A stretch of DNA of 64,000 nucleotides from Thermoleophilia bacterium (lineage in GTDB: Bacteria > Actinomycetota > Thermoleophilia > Gaiellales > Gaiellaceae), in assembly GCA_031393705.1 (NCBI GenBank), contig JANMWB010000078.1, positions 879-64,878 of the forward strand, given 5' to 3'. Shown piece after piece: positions 40,065 to 47,849 of this stretch (the first letter of the stretch is position 1; every line of letters starts with the position of its first letter). The notes beneath the pieces were generated by a model. It did not search any database, was not told the origin of the DNA, and saw only the letters and a list, made by a program, of their open reading frames with translations. A program made the position numbers and the translations under genes.

Positions 40065-40774
40065 TCGTCGGCCTGTTGCACCCGGGCGAGATGGGTGCGT
40101 CGGTCGGTCGTGTGCTGCAGGCAAACCGACACGAGGTTTTATGGGCGTCCGAGGGGCGCAGCGACGCGACGCGGGAACGTGCGCAAACGTTTCGCGACGT
40201 CGGCACGGTGGGCGCGCTCGCGGAGCAGGCGGAGCTGATTCTCTCGATCTGCCCCCCGCACAGTGCTTTGGAGGTGGCGCGGTCCGTCCAGGGCTTCGAC
40301 GGCATGTACGTCGATGCGAACGCGATCTCACCGATGCGCGCGCAGGAAGTTGCCGCGATCCAGCCGCGGTTCGTGGACGGTGGCATCGTCGGCGGCCCGC
40401 CCGACGAGCCCGGCACCACGCTCTACCTCTCCGGCTCGGGCGCTGCCTCGGTGGCGGTGCTCTTCGTCGGCACGAACCTCGAGCCGCGCGTCGTTGCGGA
40501 CGCTTCGGCGATCAAGATGGCGTACGCCGCGTGGTCGAAGGGCTCGGCGGCGATGCTGCTCGCGATCCGTGACGTCGCGCGCCACTTCGACGTCGAGGAA
40601 GAGTGGGAGCTGGCGGCGCCCGAACTGGCGCAGCGCGTGCCGCGAGCCGAGCACGCAGCGGCGACGAAGGGCTGGCGCTGGATCGGCGAGATGGAGGAGA
40701 TTGCCGACACGTTTGCCGCGGCGGGTCAGCCTGACGGGTTCCATCGCGCGGCAGCAAGGGTGTACCGCTCGTGA
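40061..40774 (+). CDS. NAD(P)-binding oxidoreductase-like protein (6PGDH-type N-domain, DUF1932-like C-terminus)
   Basis: GTG 40061 (GTGA overlap). Degenerate Rossmann start VIVGLLHPGEMGASVG. C-terminal KGWRWIGEMEEIADTF resembles DUF1932. Confidence 0.6.
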   Translation: MIVGLLHPGEMGASVGRVLQANRHEVLWASEGRSDATRERAQTFRDVGTVGALAEQAELILSICPPHSALEVARSVQGFDGMYVDANAISPMRAQEVAAIQPRFVDGGIVGGPPDEPGTTLYLSGSGAASVAVLFVGTNLEPRVVADASAIKMAYAAWSKGSAAMLLAIRDVARHFDVEEEWELAAPELAQRVPRAEHAAATKGWRWIGEMEEIADTFAAAGQPDGFHRAAARVYRS

Positions 40775-41343
40775 TCGAGGCCCGGGCACTTGCGAAGCGT
40801 TACGGCGACCGCCGCGTGTTCGCGGGGCTCGACGTCGACGTGCCCGACGGCGGCTTCCTGCTCGTCACCGGCCCAAACGGTTCCGGCAAGACGACGCTCC
40901 TGCGGGTGCTCGCCGGGCTGGCAGCACCGACCGCCGGCGAGTTGCAGCTGCCGCCGCGTCACACGATCGGGTACCTCGGGCACGAGCCGCTCGTCTACCG
41001 CGAACTGACGCCGCTCGAGAACCTCACGCTCTTCGGGCGCCTCTACCGGCTGCCCGAACGCGGCGAACGGATCGGGATGTTGCTCGAGCGGTTTGGGCTG
41101 TGGGAGGTGCGCCACGAGCGCGTCTCGACGTTCTCGCGCGGCATGCAGCAGCGGCTCGGGCTTTGTCGCGTGCTCCTGCATGAGCCCACCCTTCTTCTCC
41201 TCGACGAGCCGTACAACGCGCTCGATGCCGAAGGCGCGACGTTGCTCGACAGCATCTTCGAGGAGCCACGCACGTGGATCGTCGCGACCCACGAGCCGGA
41301 ACGCGTCGATCGTTATGCAACGGAACGGCTGGCGTTCGCATGA
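40771..41343 (+). CDS. ccmA: Heme ABC exporter ATP-binding protein CcmA
   Basis: Walker A GPNGSGKTT, signature FSRGMQQRL, Walker B LLLLDEP. Short (190 aa) like CcmA and followed by ccmB and ccmC. Confidence 0.85.
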   Translation: MIEARALAKRYGDRRVFAGLDVDVPDGGFLLVTGPNGSGKTTLLRVLAGLAAPTAGELQLPPRHTIGYLGHEPLVYRELTPLENLTLFGRLYRLPERGERIGMLLERFGLWEVRHERVSTFSRGMQQRLGLCRVLLHEPTLLLLDEPYNALDAEGATLLDSIFEEPRTWIVATHEPERVDRYATERLAFA

Positions 41344-41957
41344 CGTTCGCCTCCGACGTCGCGGCGCTCGCACGCAAGGATCTGCTGCTCGAGCTGCGGG
41401 CGAAGGAGACGCTGCCCTCGATGCTCCTGTTCGTGATCGCGGCGCTGACGATCTTCCACTTTGCCCTGCCGACGGGCACGAGCGACGTCGCAGCGCGCGG
41501 CCTGCTCTGGGCGGCGCTGATCTTCACCGCGCTGCTCGGGCTCACCCGCGCGTTCGTCGCAGAGCGCGAGCAGAGCATGTTCGACGCGTTGATCCTGACG
41601 CCGGTCGACCGCAGCGCGATCTGGCTCGGCAAGGCGATCGCGGTCTTCGCGTTCCTCGTCGCGGCCGAAGTGGTCGCGCTGCCGGCGTTCGCGGCGTTCT
41701 TCCACGGCCTGAACGGCCGCACGGTAGCCGCCGTCGCGCTTGCGGACATCGGCATCTGTACCGTCGGCACCCTCTTCGGCGCCATGGCGGTCGCCGGCCG
41801 GGCGCGCGAGCTGCTGCTGCCGCTGCTCTTCCTCCCGATGGCGATTCCGATCGTCGTCGGCGGGGTCGGTGGCTTCCTCTGGTTCCTCGTGCTCTACGAC
41901 GCGATCTTCGCCCTGCTCAGCTGGGCTGCCTTCGAGTACGTCGTCTCTGAGGTCTGA
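41340..41957 (+). CDS. ccmB: Heme exporter permease CcmB
   Basis: ATG 41340 (ATGA overlap). Six hydrophobic segments. LTRAFVAEREQSMFDALILTPV corresponds to the conserved CcmB loop. Confidence 0.8.
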   Translation: MTFASDVAALARKDLLLELRAKETLPSMLLFVIAALTIFHFALPTGTSDVAARGLLWAALIFTALLGLTRAFVAEREQSMFDALILTPVDRSAIWLGKAIAVFAFLVAAEVVALPAFAAFFHGLNGRTVAAVALADIGICTVGTLFGAMAVAGRARELLLPLLFLPMAIPIVVGGVGGFLWFLVLYDAIFALLSWAAFEYVVSEV

Positions 41958-41987
41958 GACGGCTCTCGGACTACGATTGGCTCTGCC

Positions 41988-42668
41988 TTGAGCATTCACC
42001 TGAAGCTGCCCGTCCTCGCGGCCGCCTGCATGGGCCTCTTTGGGCTGGCGATCGCCCTCGCGTTCTTCTACGCCCCGGCCGATGCCGACCAGGGCCTCTC
42101 GCAGCGCATCTTCTATTTTCACGTGCCGCTTGCCCTGACCGCATACGCCTGCTTCGGGTGGGGAGCGTGGAAGGCGCTCAAGTACCTGCGCTCGCGGGAC
42201 GAGCGCGCCGATCTCGAGAGCTACGTCGCGATCCACCAGGGTACGATCTTCGGTGCGCTGACGTTGCTGACCGGCTCGATCTGGGCGCGGATCTCGTGGG
42301 GCGTCTGGTGGTCGTGGGGTGAGGACGAGCTCGTACTCTTCCTTGTCCTCTTCCTCTTCTACTGCGCGTACTTCATGCTCCGCTACTCGGTCGACCCCGG
42401 CCCGGCCCGGGCGAACATGAGCGCGGTCTACGCGCTGTTCGGCGTTGTCCTGATCCCGGTCTCGTTCCTCGCGATCAGGCTCTCGAAGCAGTTCATCCAT
42501 CCGCAGGTCTTCAAGCTGAGCGGGCCTCAGATGACCGGCGCGCAGTTCCTGACGTTCTGCGTCTGCCTGGCCGCGATGCTGACACTGTTCGCGACGCTGT
42601 ACGCGATCGAACTGGCGGGCAAGCGACTCGACCGCTCGCTGCGCGAGCTGAAGGAGTTGTTGACTTGA
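41988..42668 (+). CDS. ccmC: Heme exporter protein CcmC (variant W-rich motif)
   Basis: TTG 41988. FYFHVP histidine and W-rich loop WGVWWSWGEDEL. 226 aa polytopic protein. Confidence 0.8.
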   Translation: MSIHLKLPVLAAACMGLFGLAIALAFFYAPADADQGLSQRIFYFHVPLALTAYACFGWGAWKALKYLRSRDERADLESYVAIHQGTIFGALTLLTGSIWARISWGVWWSWGEDELVLFLVLFLFYCAYFMLRYSVDPGPARANMSAVYALFGVVLIPVSFLAIRLSKQFIHPQVFKLSGPQMTGAQFLTFCVCLAAMLTLFATLYAIELAGKRLDRSLRELKELLT

Positions 42669-42817
42669 CCCAGTCGGAGAAGTACACCGCCGCCGCATAC
42701 CTTGTCGTGTTTCTCGGCGTGCTCGTCTACGTCGTGATCATCGGGTCGAAGCTGCAGCGCCTGCAGCGCGAGGTCGAGCAGCTCGTCGCGCTCGTGAAAG
42801 AGAAGCGCGATGGTTGA
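42665..42817 (+). CDS. CcmD-like small membrane protein (50 aa)
   Basis: Absent from the ORF track. TTG 42665 overlaps the ccmC stop (TTGA). Product MTQSEKYTAAAYLVVFLGVLVYVVIIGSKLQRLQREVEQLVALVKEKRDG has one TM plus a charged helix, as in alternative CcmD proteins. Confidence 0.55.
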   Translation: MTQSEKYTAAAYLVVFLGVLVYVVIIGSKLQRLQREVEQLVALVKEKRDG

Positions 42818-43571
42818 GGTGTTCTTCTGGCCGGCGCTCCTCGGCTACGGCGAGGCGGCGCTCGCGTACGCAACCGTGCGCACTTCGCGTGCTGCGACGT
42901 GGGGCGTGCGGCTCGGCTGGCTCGCGCAGACGGCGCTGCTCGTTGCCCAGGCGGTCCGCTCCGACGGCTTTCCGTGGTCGACGTGGGCGGGCTCGCTCAA
43001 CCTCTTCGTCTGGTTCGTCGTTGGCGCCTATCTGATCTGGGGCTGTCGTCCGCGGTTCCGGCTGCTTGGTCTGAGCGTGATGCCGCTAGCTGTTGCGCTC
43101 TTCGTAGTCGCGCGGGTCGGCGGTGGCACCGGAGCAGGATCGCACTCCGACTACGGCAACCTCTTCCTGATCCTGCACGTCGGCCTCGCGCTGGCGGCGT
43201 TCGCCGGCTTCACACTCGCGGCCGGTCTCGCCGGGCTCTACCTCTGGGTGGAACGCCGTCTCAAGCGACGCTCGGCGGACATCCTGCGTTTGCGGGTGCC
43301 GCCGCTCGCTTCGCTCGAGCGCCTGACGTGGCGGACGATCCTGGTCTCGCTGCCGCTGCTCACGCTCGCCCTTGTGATCGGCATCGTCCGCCAGCAGCGA
43401 CAGGGCGGCGGGTTCGACGCGCTCGAAGCGGTGACGCTGCTGACGTGGCTCGTCTACGGCGCGTTCCTCGCGCTGCGCCCGACCGGACGCCGTGCGGCGT
43501 ACTTCGCGCTCGGCGGCTTCGTGCTCGTGATCGTTGCGCGGCTTGCACTGGCGGGGAGCCACTTCACGTGA
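42810..43571 (+). CDS. Cytochrome c assembly family membrane protein, HemX-like (no WWD motif)
   Basis: 253-aa polytopic protein immediately upstream of hemA, as in Bacillus hemX. Conserved His in LILHVGLA. Confidence 0.65.
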   Translation: MVEVFFWPALLGYGEAALAYATVRTSRAATWGVRLGWLAQTALLVAQAVRSDGFPWSTWAGSLNLFVWFVVGAYLIWGCRPRFRLLGLSVMPLAVALFVVARVGGGTGAGSHSDYGNLFLILHVGLALAAFAGFTLAAGLAGLYLWVERRLKRRSADILRLRVPPLASLERLTWRTILVSLPLLTLALVIGIVRQQRQGGGFDALEAVTLLTWLVYGAFLALRPTGRRAAYFALGGFVLVIVARLALAGSHFT

Positions 43572-44773
43572 CGCTCACGCTGATCGGGCTCTCGCACCAC
43601 GTCGCTCCCGTCGAGTTGCGCGAGCGCGTGACGCTCAACCTGCCCGCGGCGGCGGCGCTTGCGAGCTCACTCGGCGACGCGATCTGCCTCTCGACGTGCA
43701 ACCGCACCGAGCTCTACTTCGAAGGCGTCGACGAGCGGGAGGCCGTGGCGGCGCTGCAAGAGCTTGCAGGCGAACCGCTTGACGGGGTGCTCTACCGGCT
43801 GCACGAGGATGCAGCGGCGTTGCACCTCTTCCGGGTCGCCGCCGGGCTCGATTCGCTCGTCCCCGGCGAGGGCGAGATCCTCGGCCAGGTGCGCGATGCC
43901 TACGAAGCGGCGCACCCGGGCGCGTTGCTCGACCGCGTGTTCCGGCAAGCCCTCGGTGTCGGCAAGCGCGTGCGGAACGAGACCGCGATCGGTGAGAGCC
44001 CCGCGTCCGTGTCGTCCGCCGCCGGCGCACTCGCCGCGCAGGTCTTCGGCGACCTGGCCGGGCGGCGCGTGCTGTTGATCGGCGCCGGCCGGATCGGGGA
44101 GCTTGCGGCGGCGAACCTTGCGTCCCGGGGGGCGCAGATCGCCTACGTCGCGAACCGCACTGTCGACACCGCGCACGAGCTCGCACACCGCTTCGGTGGT
44201 GAAGCGGTGGCGCTGACCGACATCGCTTCGCGTCTCGGCGACGTCGACGTCGTCGTCTCGTCGACGAGCGCGCCCGAGACGGTGGTGCAGGCCGGTGACG
44301 TACCGGCCAAGCGCCGCACACCGCTGTTCTTCATCGACATCGCCGTGCCGCGCGACCTCGACTCCGCGATCGGCAAGCTCGACGGCTGCTTCCTCTACGA
44401 CATCGACGACCTCGAGGCAGTCGTCGCCGAGACCCTTTCGGGGCGCCGCTCCGAGGCGGCGCGCGCCGAGCAGCTCGTTGCCGAGGAAGCGGAGCGCTTC
44501 CGCTCGTGGCGCGCATCCCTCGACGTTGTGCCTGCGATTGCGTCGCTCCGCGCACGTGCAGAGGAGATCCGCTCGGCCGAGCTCGCGAAGGTTGACAGTC
44601 GCATGAGCGCCGACGATCGCCGCACGCTCGAGTCGGTGACGTCGCAGATCCTGAACAAGCTGCTGCACCTGCCGACGATCAGGATGAAGGAAGCGGCCGT
44701 CAGCTCCGACGGCGCGGCGTACGCGGACGCCGTTCGCCATCTGTTCGGGCTCGAAGAGGAGAAGAAGCGGTGA
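43568..44773 (+). CDS. hemA: Glutamyl-tRNA reductase
   Basis: GTG 43568 (GTGA overlap). LSHHVAPVELRE, active-site CNRTELY, NAD-binding GAGRIGE. The upstream part of track ORF 42899..44773 is off-frame over hemX. Confidence 0.92.
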   Translation: MTLTLIGLSHHVAPVELRERVTLNLPAAAALASSLGDAICLSTCNRTELYFEGVDEREAVAALQELAGEPLDGVLYRLHEDAAALHLFRVAAGLDSLVPGEGEILGQVRDAYEAAHPGALLDRVFRQALGVGKRVRNETAIGESPASVSSAAGALAAQVFGDLAGRRVLLIGAGRIGELAAANLASRGAQIAYVANRTVDTAHELAHRFGGEAVALTDIASRLGDVDVVVSSTSAPETVVQAGDVPAKRRTPLFFIDIAVPRDLDSAIGKLDGCFLYDIDDLEAVVAETLSGRRSEAARAEQLVAEEAERFRSWRASLDVVPAIASLRARAEEIRSAELAKVDSRMSADDRRTLESVTSQILNKLLHLPTIRMKEAAVSSDGAAYADAVRHLFGLEEEKKR

Positions 44774-44893
44774 CGCCCGACAAGGACCGCCGCATGGAAC
44801 GGCCGCTACCGGTGGTGTCGCCTTCGGCGTTCATGCGGATCAAGTTCGGCCATCCGTCGTGCGGCCGCAGCAAGCGCGTTGGGAGGTCGGGCT

Positions 44894-45724
44894 GTGCTCG
44901 TTCGTATCGGGTCTCGCGGATCTAGGCTCGCGATCACGCAGGCCGAGCAGGCCGCCGCCCTGTTGCGTGGGCCGGGGATCGAGATTGCCTTCGTCCCGAT
45001 CACGACCGCAGGTGACCGCGACCGCACGAGCCCGTTCGGACAGATCGGCGAGCGTGGCGTCTTCGTGAAGGAGATTGAGGAGGCGTTGCTGGCGGGCCGC
45101 ATCGACGTTGCCGTGCACTCGGCGAAGGACATGACCTCAGACGACACCGAGGGACTGTCGATCGGTGCGTACCTCGAGCGCGACGATCCGCGCGATGCGC
45201 TCATCGGCGCCACCGAGCTGCGACCCGGGATGCGCATCGGCACCGCTTCGGTGCGCCGTCGCGCACAGTTGCTTGCGGCCGAGCCGACGATCTCGGTCGA
45301 GCCGATGCGCGGCAACGTCGAGACGCGGCTGCGCAAGATGCGGGAGCGCGGGCTCGACGCGATCGTGCTTGCTTCGTGCGGTCTTGACCGCCTTGGGCTC
45401 GCTGACGAGATCGGCCTGCGCCTCGACCCGGAGCTGATGCTTCCGGAGGCCGCGCAGGGCGCGCTCGCACTGCAGGTACGCGCCGGCGAGGAGGAACTCG
45501 TTGCGCGGGCGGATCACGCCGAGACGCGCCGCCGCGTCGAGCCGGAGCGGGCGTGCGTCGCGTTGATCGGCGCAGGCTGCCTCGCACCGGTCGCGGCGCA
45601 TCACGACGGGACGACGCTGCACGCGCTGATCGCGGACGAGGACGGAGCGTGGATCGTGCGGAGCAGCGGCGACGACCCGGTCGCGCTCGCAGACGAGCTT
45701 GCGGGCGTAGCTGCGGCCCGATGA
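44894..45724 (+). CDS. hemC: Hydroxymethylbilane synthase (porphobilinogen deaminase)
   Basis: GTG 44894 with GGGAGG about 7 nt upstream (track start TTG 44879). IGSRGSRLAITQA, VHSAKDM, cofactor Cys in GAGCLAPV. Confidence 0.92.
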   Translation: MLVRIGSRGSRLAITQAEQAAALLRGPGIEIAFVPITTAGDRDRTSPFGQIGERGVFVKEIEEALLAGRIDVAVHSAKDMTSDDTEGLSIGAYLERDDPRDALIGATELRPGMRIGTASVRRRAQLLAAEPTISVEPMRGNVETRLRKMRERGLDAIVLASCGLDRLGLADEIGLRLDPELMLPEAAQGALALQVRAGEEELVARADHAETRRRVEPERACVALIGAGCLAPVAAHHDGTTLHALIADEDGAWIVRSSGDDPVALADELAGVAAAR

Positions 45725-46362
45725 AGGTGATCGTCACGCGGCCGCGCGCGCAGGCGAAGCCGCTCGTTGCCGCACTGGAGGCTCTTGGGGTTGTCGTTGT
45801 CGAGTGCCCGCTGATCGAGATCGAGCGGACGTCCGACGAGCCCATCGACTGTGCAGGCTACGACTGGCTGATCGTCACGAGCCCGAACGGCGCCGACGAG
45901 GTGGCGCGCCGCGGCATCAACCTCCCGCGCGTCGCAGCCGTTGGCCCCGGTACCGCCGAGGCGTTGCGGGAGCACGGGATCGACGCGGCCTTCGTCCCGC
46001 GCGAGTCGTCGCAGGAGGGCTTGCTGCGTGAGTTCCCACGGCCGGCCGGCCGCGTGCTCTTCGCTGCCGCGGAAGGTGCCCGCAGACGGCCGATCGACGA
46101 GCTGCACGCCGACTTCGTGCCGCTCTACCGGACGCGGCTCCTCACGCCGGACCCGCCCGAGGGCGATGCGGTCGTGCTGGCGTCGGGCTCGGCTGCGCGG
46201 GCCTACGTCGGCGTGGGCGGCGCGGCGCCGGCGGTGAGCATCGGGCCCGAGACGTCGCAGGTCGCACGCTCCCTCGGGCTCGAGGTTGCGGCCGAGGCGC
46301 CGACGCACGATCTCGCTGGCCTCGTCGCGGCTGTGCGCGATCTGATGAAGTCCCGTCCGTGA
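45721..46362 (+). CDS. hemD: Uroporphyrinogen-III synthase
   Basis: ATG 45721 (ATGA overlap with hemC). MKVIVTRPRAQAKPL and WLIVTSPNG follow the HemD pattern. Confidence 0.85.
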   Translation: MKVIVTRPRAQAKPLVAALEALGVVVVECPLIEIERTSDEPIDCAGYDWLIVTSPNGADEVARRGINLPRVAAVGPGTAEALREHGIDAAFVPRESSQEGLLREFPRPAGRVLFAAAEGARRRPIDELHADFVPLYRTRLLTPDPPEGDAVVLASGSAARAYVGVGGAAPAVSIGPETSQVARSLGLEVAAEAPTHDLAGLVAAVRDLMKSRP

Positions 46363-47159
46363 AGGCGATCACCTTTCTCACTGATTTCGGTCTGCAGGAC
46401 GACTTCGTCGGCACCTGCCACGGCGTGATGGCGCGCATCGCTCCCGACGCGCGCGTGATCGACATCACGCACGGCATTCCGCCGCAGGCGATCCTGCAAG
46501 GTGCCCTCGTTCTGCAGAGCACGGTCAAGTACATGCCGGTGGGCGTTCATCTCGCGGTCGTCGATCCGGGTGTCGGCAGTCGCCGTCGTGCGGTCGCGGT
46601 GCGCACGTCAGACGGCCGATCGTTCGTCGGGCCTGACAACGGCCTCTTGTTGCTCGCGGCCGACGAGCTGGGTATCGAGGCGGCGCACGAGCTCGCCGAC
46701 GACCGCTACCGCCTGTCGGATGTCTCACGCACGTTCCACGCGCGTGACGTGTTTGCTCCCGCGGCTGCGCATCTTGCCGGCGGCGTGGCGATCGACCAGC
46801 TGGGACCGGCGATCAGACCGGACGAGCTCGTGCGCATCGACGTGCCGACGCCCAGTGTTGGCAAGTCGCAGATTTCCGCGACGGTCCTCGGCATTGACCG
46901 CTTCGGGAACGTCTCCACGAACATGCGCGATGCTCACGTCTCGAGCCTCGGTGTCGCCCGTGGCGACCGGGTCGAGATCAGGCTGACGTTCGAGCGCTAC
47001 TACGCGACGCTCGCCGACACGTTTGCCGACGCGGACGCGGGCGAGCTGATCCTTTACGAGGACTCGTACGGTCTCGTCACGCTGGCGATCAGCAACGGCA
47101 ACGCGGCTCGGCTGACGGGTGTCGCTGTCGGCGATGAGCTCCGGATCGCGCTCACATGA
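46359..47159 (+). CDS. SAM hydroxide adenosyltransferase family protein (DUF62)
   Basis: TDFGLQDDFVGTCHGV, VVDPGVGS and GPDNGLL motifs of the DUF62/SalL/FlA superfamily. Confidence 0.85.
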   Translation: MKAITFLTDFGLQDDFVGTCHGVMARIAPDARVIDITHGIPPQAILQGALVLQSTVKYMPVGVHLAVVDPGVGSRRRAVAVRTSDGRSFVGPDNGLLLLAADELGIEAAHELADDRYRLSDVSRTFHARDVFAPAAAHLAGGVAIDQLGPAIRPDELVRIDVPTPSVGKSQISATVLGIDRFGNVSTNMRDAHVSSLGVARGDRVEIRLTFERYYATLADTFADADAGELILYEDSYGLVTLAISNGNAARLTGVAVGDELRIALT

Positions 47160-47749
47160 CGATCGGCCAACGTTTTGCGCGTCTGGTGACGGACGTGGTT
47201 GTCCGCGCGCCGTTCCTGTGGCGGCTCTTTCGCCGACGCATGACGCGCAACTTCGACCAGCTCGCACCGGAGTGGGATGCGACCCGCGTCAGTCGCGAGC
47301 GTCTGACCCCGATGATCGCCGCGCTCGATGCGACAGGCCCGCCCACGCGTGCGCTCGACGTCGGCACAGGGACGGGCGCCGTGGCGCGCCTCGTCCGGGA
47401 ACGCTGGCCGGACGCGGAGGTAACGGGCGTCGACGTGTCGCCGGGGATGATCGCCGAGGCGCGGCGCCTCGGGCAGGAGCGCTACGACGTCGGCGATGCC
47501 TCTGCGCTCCCGTACGCGGACGCAGCGTTCGACCTCGTGACGCTGAACAACATGATTCCGTTCTTCGACGAGCTCGCACGGGTCACGGCGCCCGGCGGCT
47601 ACGTCGCGATCGCCTACAGCATGGGGCCGAAGACCCCGATCTGGGTGCCGCTCGAGCGCGTCCGGGATGAGCTGCAGCGGCGGGGGTTCCTGCACGTGGC
47701 GGACTTCGAGGCCGGTGCCGGCGTTGCGTTGCTCGCTCGCCGCGCGTAG
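47156..47749 (+). CDS. Class I SAM-dependent methyltransferase
   Basis: LDVGTGTGAVARL motif I and FDLVTLNNM. 197 aa. ATGA overlap with the preceding gene. Confidence 0.8.
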   Translation: MTIGQRFARLVTDVVVRAPFLWRLFRRRMTRNFDQLAPEWDATRVSRERLTPMIAALDATGPPTRALDVGTGTGAVARLVRERWPDAEVTGVDVSPGMIAEARRLGQERYDVGDASALPYADAAFDLVTLNNMIPFFDELARVTAPGGYVAIAYSMGPKTPIWVPLERVRDELQRRGFLHVADFEAGAGVALLARRA

Positions 47750-47775
47750 TTACACTGGCCGCGCTGTATTCCTGG

Positions 47776-47848
47776 GGCCAGGTAGCTCAGTTGGTAGAGC
47801 ACACGGCTGAAAACCGTGGTGTCGCCGGTTCAAGTCCGGCTCTGGCCA
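47776..47848 (+). tRNA. tRNA-Phe (anticodon GAA)
   Basis: GGCCAGGTAGCTCAGTTGGTAGAGCACACGGCTGAAAACCGTGGTGTCGCCGGTTCAAGTCCGGCTCTGGCCA. Cloverleaf with a 7-bp acceptor stem (one G-U), anticodon loop CTGAAAA and T-loop GGTTCAAGTCC. CCA is not encoded. Confidence 0.92.
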
Positions 47849-47849
47849 T

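Noticed and set aside
42117-42125. parS-like half site TTTCACGTG inside ccmC; a second, TTCACGTGA, at 43563-43571.
   Set aside because: Only the central part of the 16-bp parS palindrome (TGTTTCACGTGAAACA) matches and the flanks do not. By eye I found no full parS anywhere in the window, including around parAB, but this scan is not exhaustive.
42899-43567. N-terminal two thirds of the 624-aa track ORF 42899..44773.
   Set aside because: It is Arg/Ala/Pro-rich and lies off-frame over the hemX-like gene. Recognisable HemA sequence starts only at GTG 43568. This is a typical open alternative frame in G+C-rich DNA.
44794-44925. 43-codon ORF (MERPLPVVSPSAFMRIKFGHPSCGRSKRVGRSGCARSYRVSRI) in the hemA-hemC spacer.
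   Set aside because: It is Arg-rich with no RBS and overlaps the hemC start. It is more likely noncoding leader sequence.
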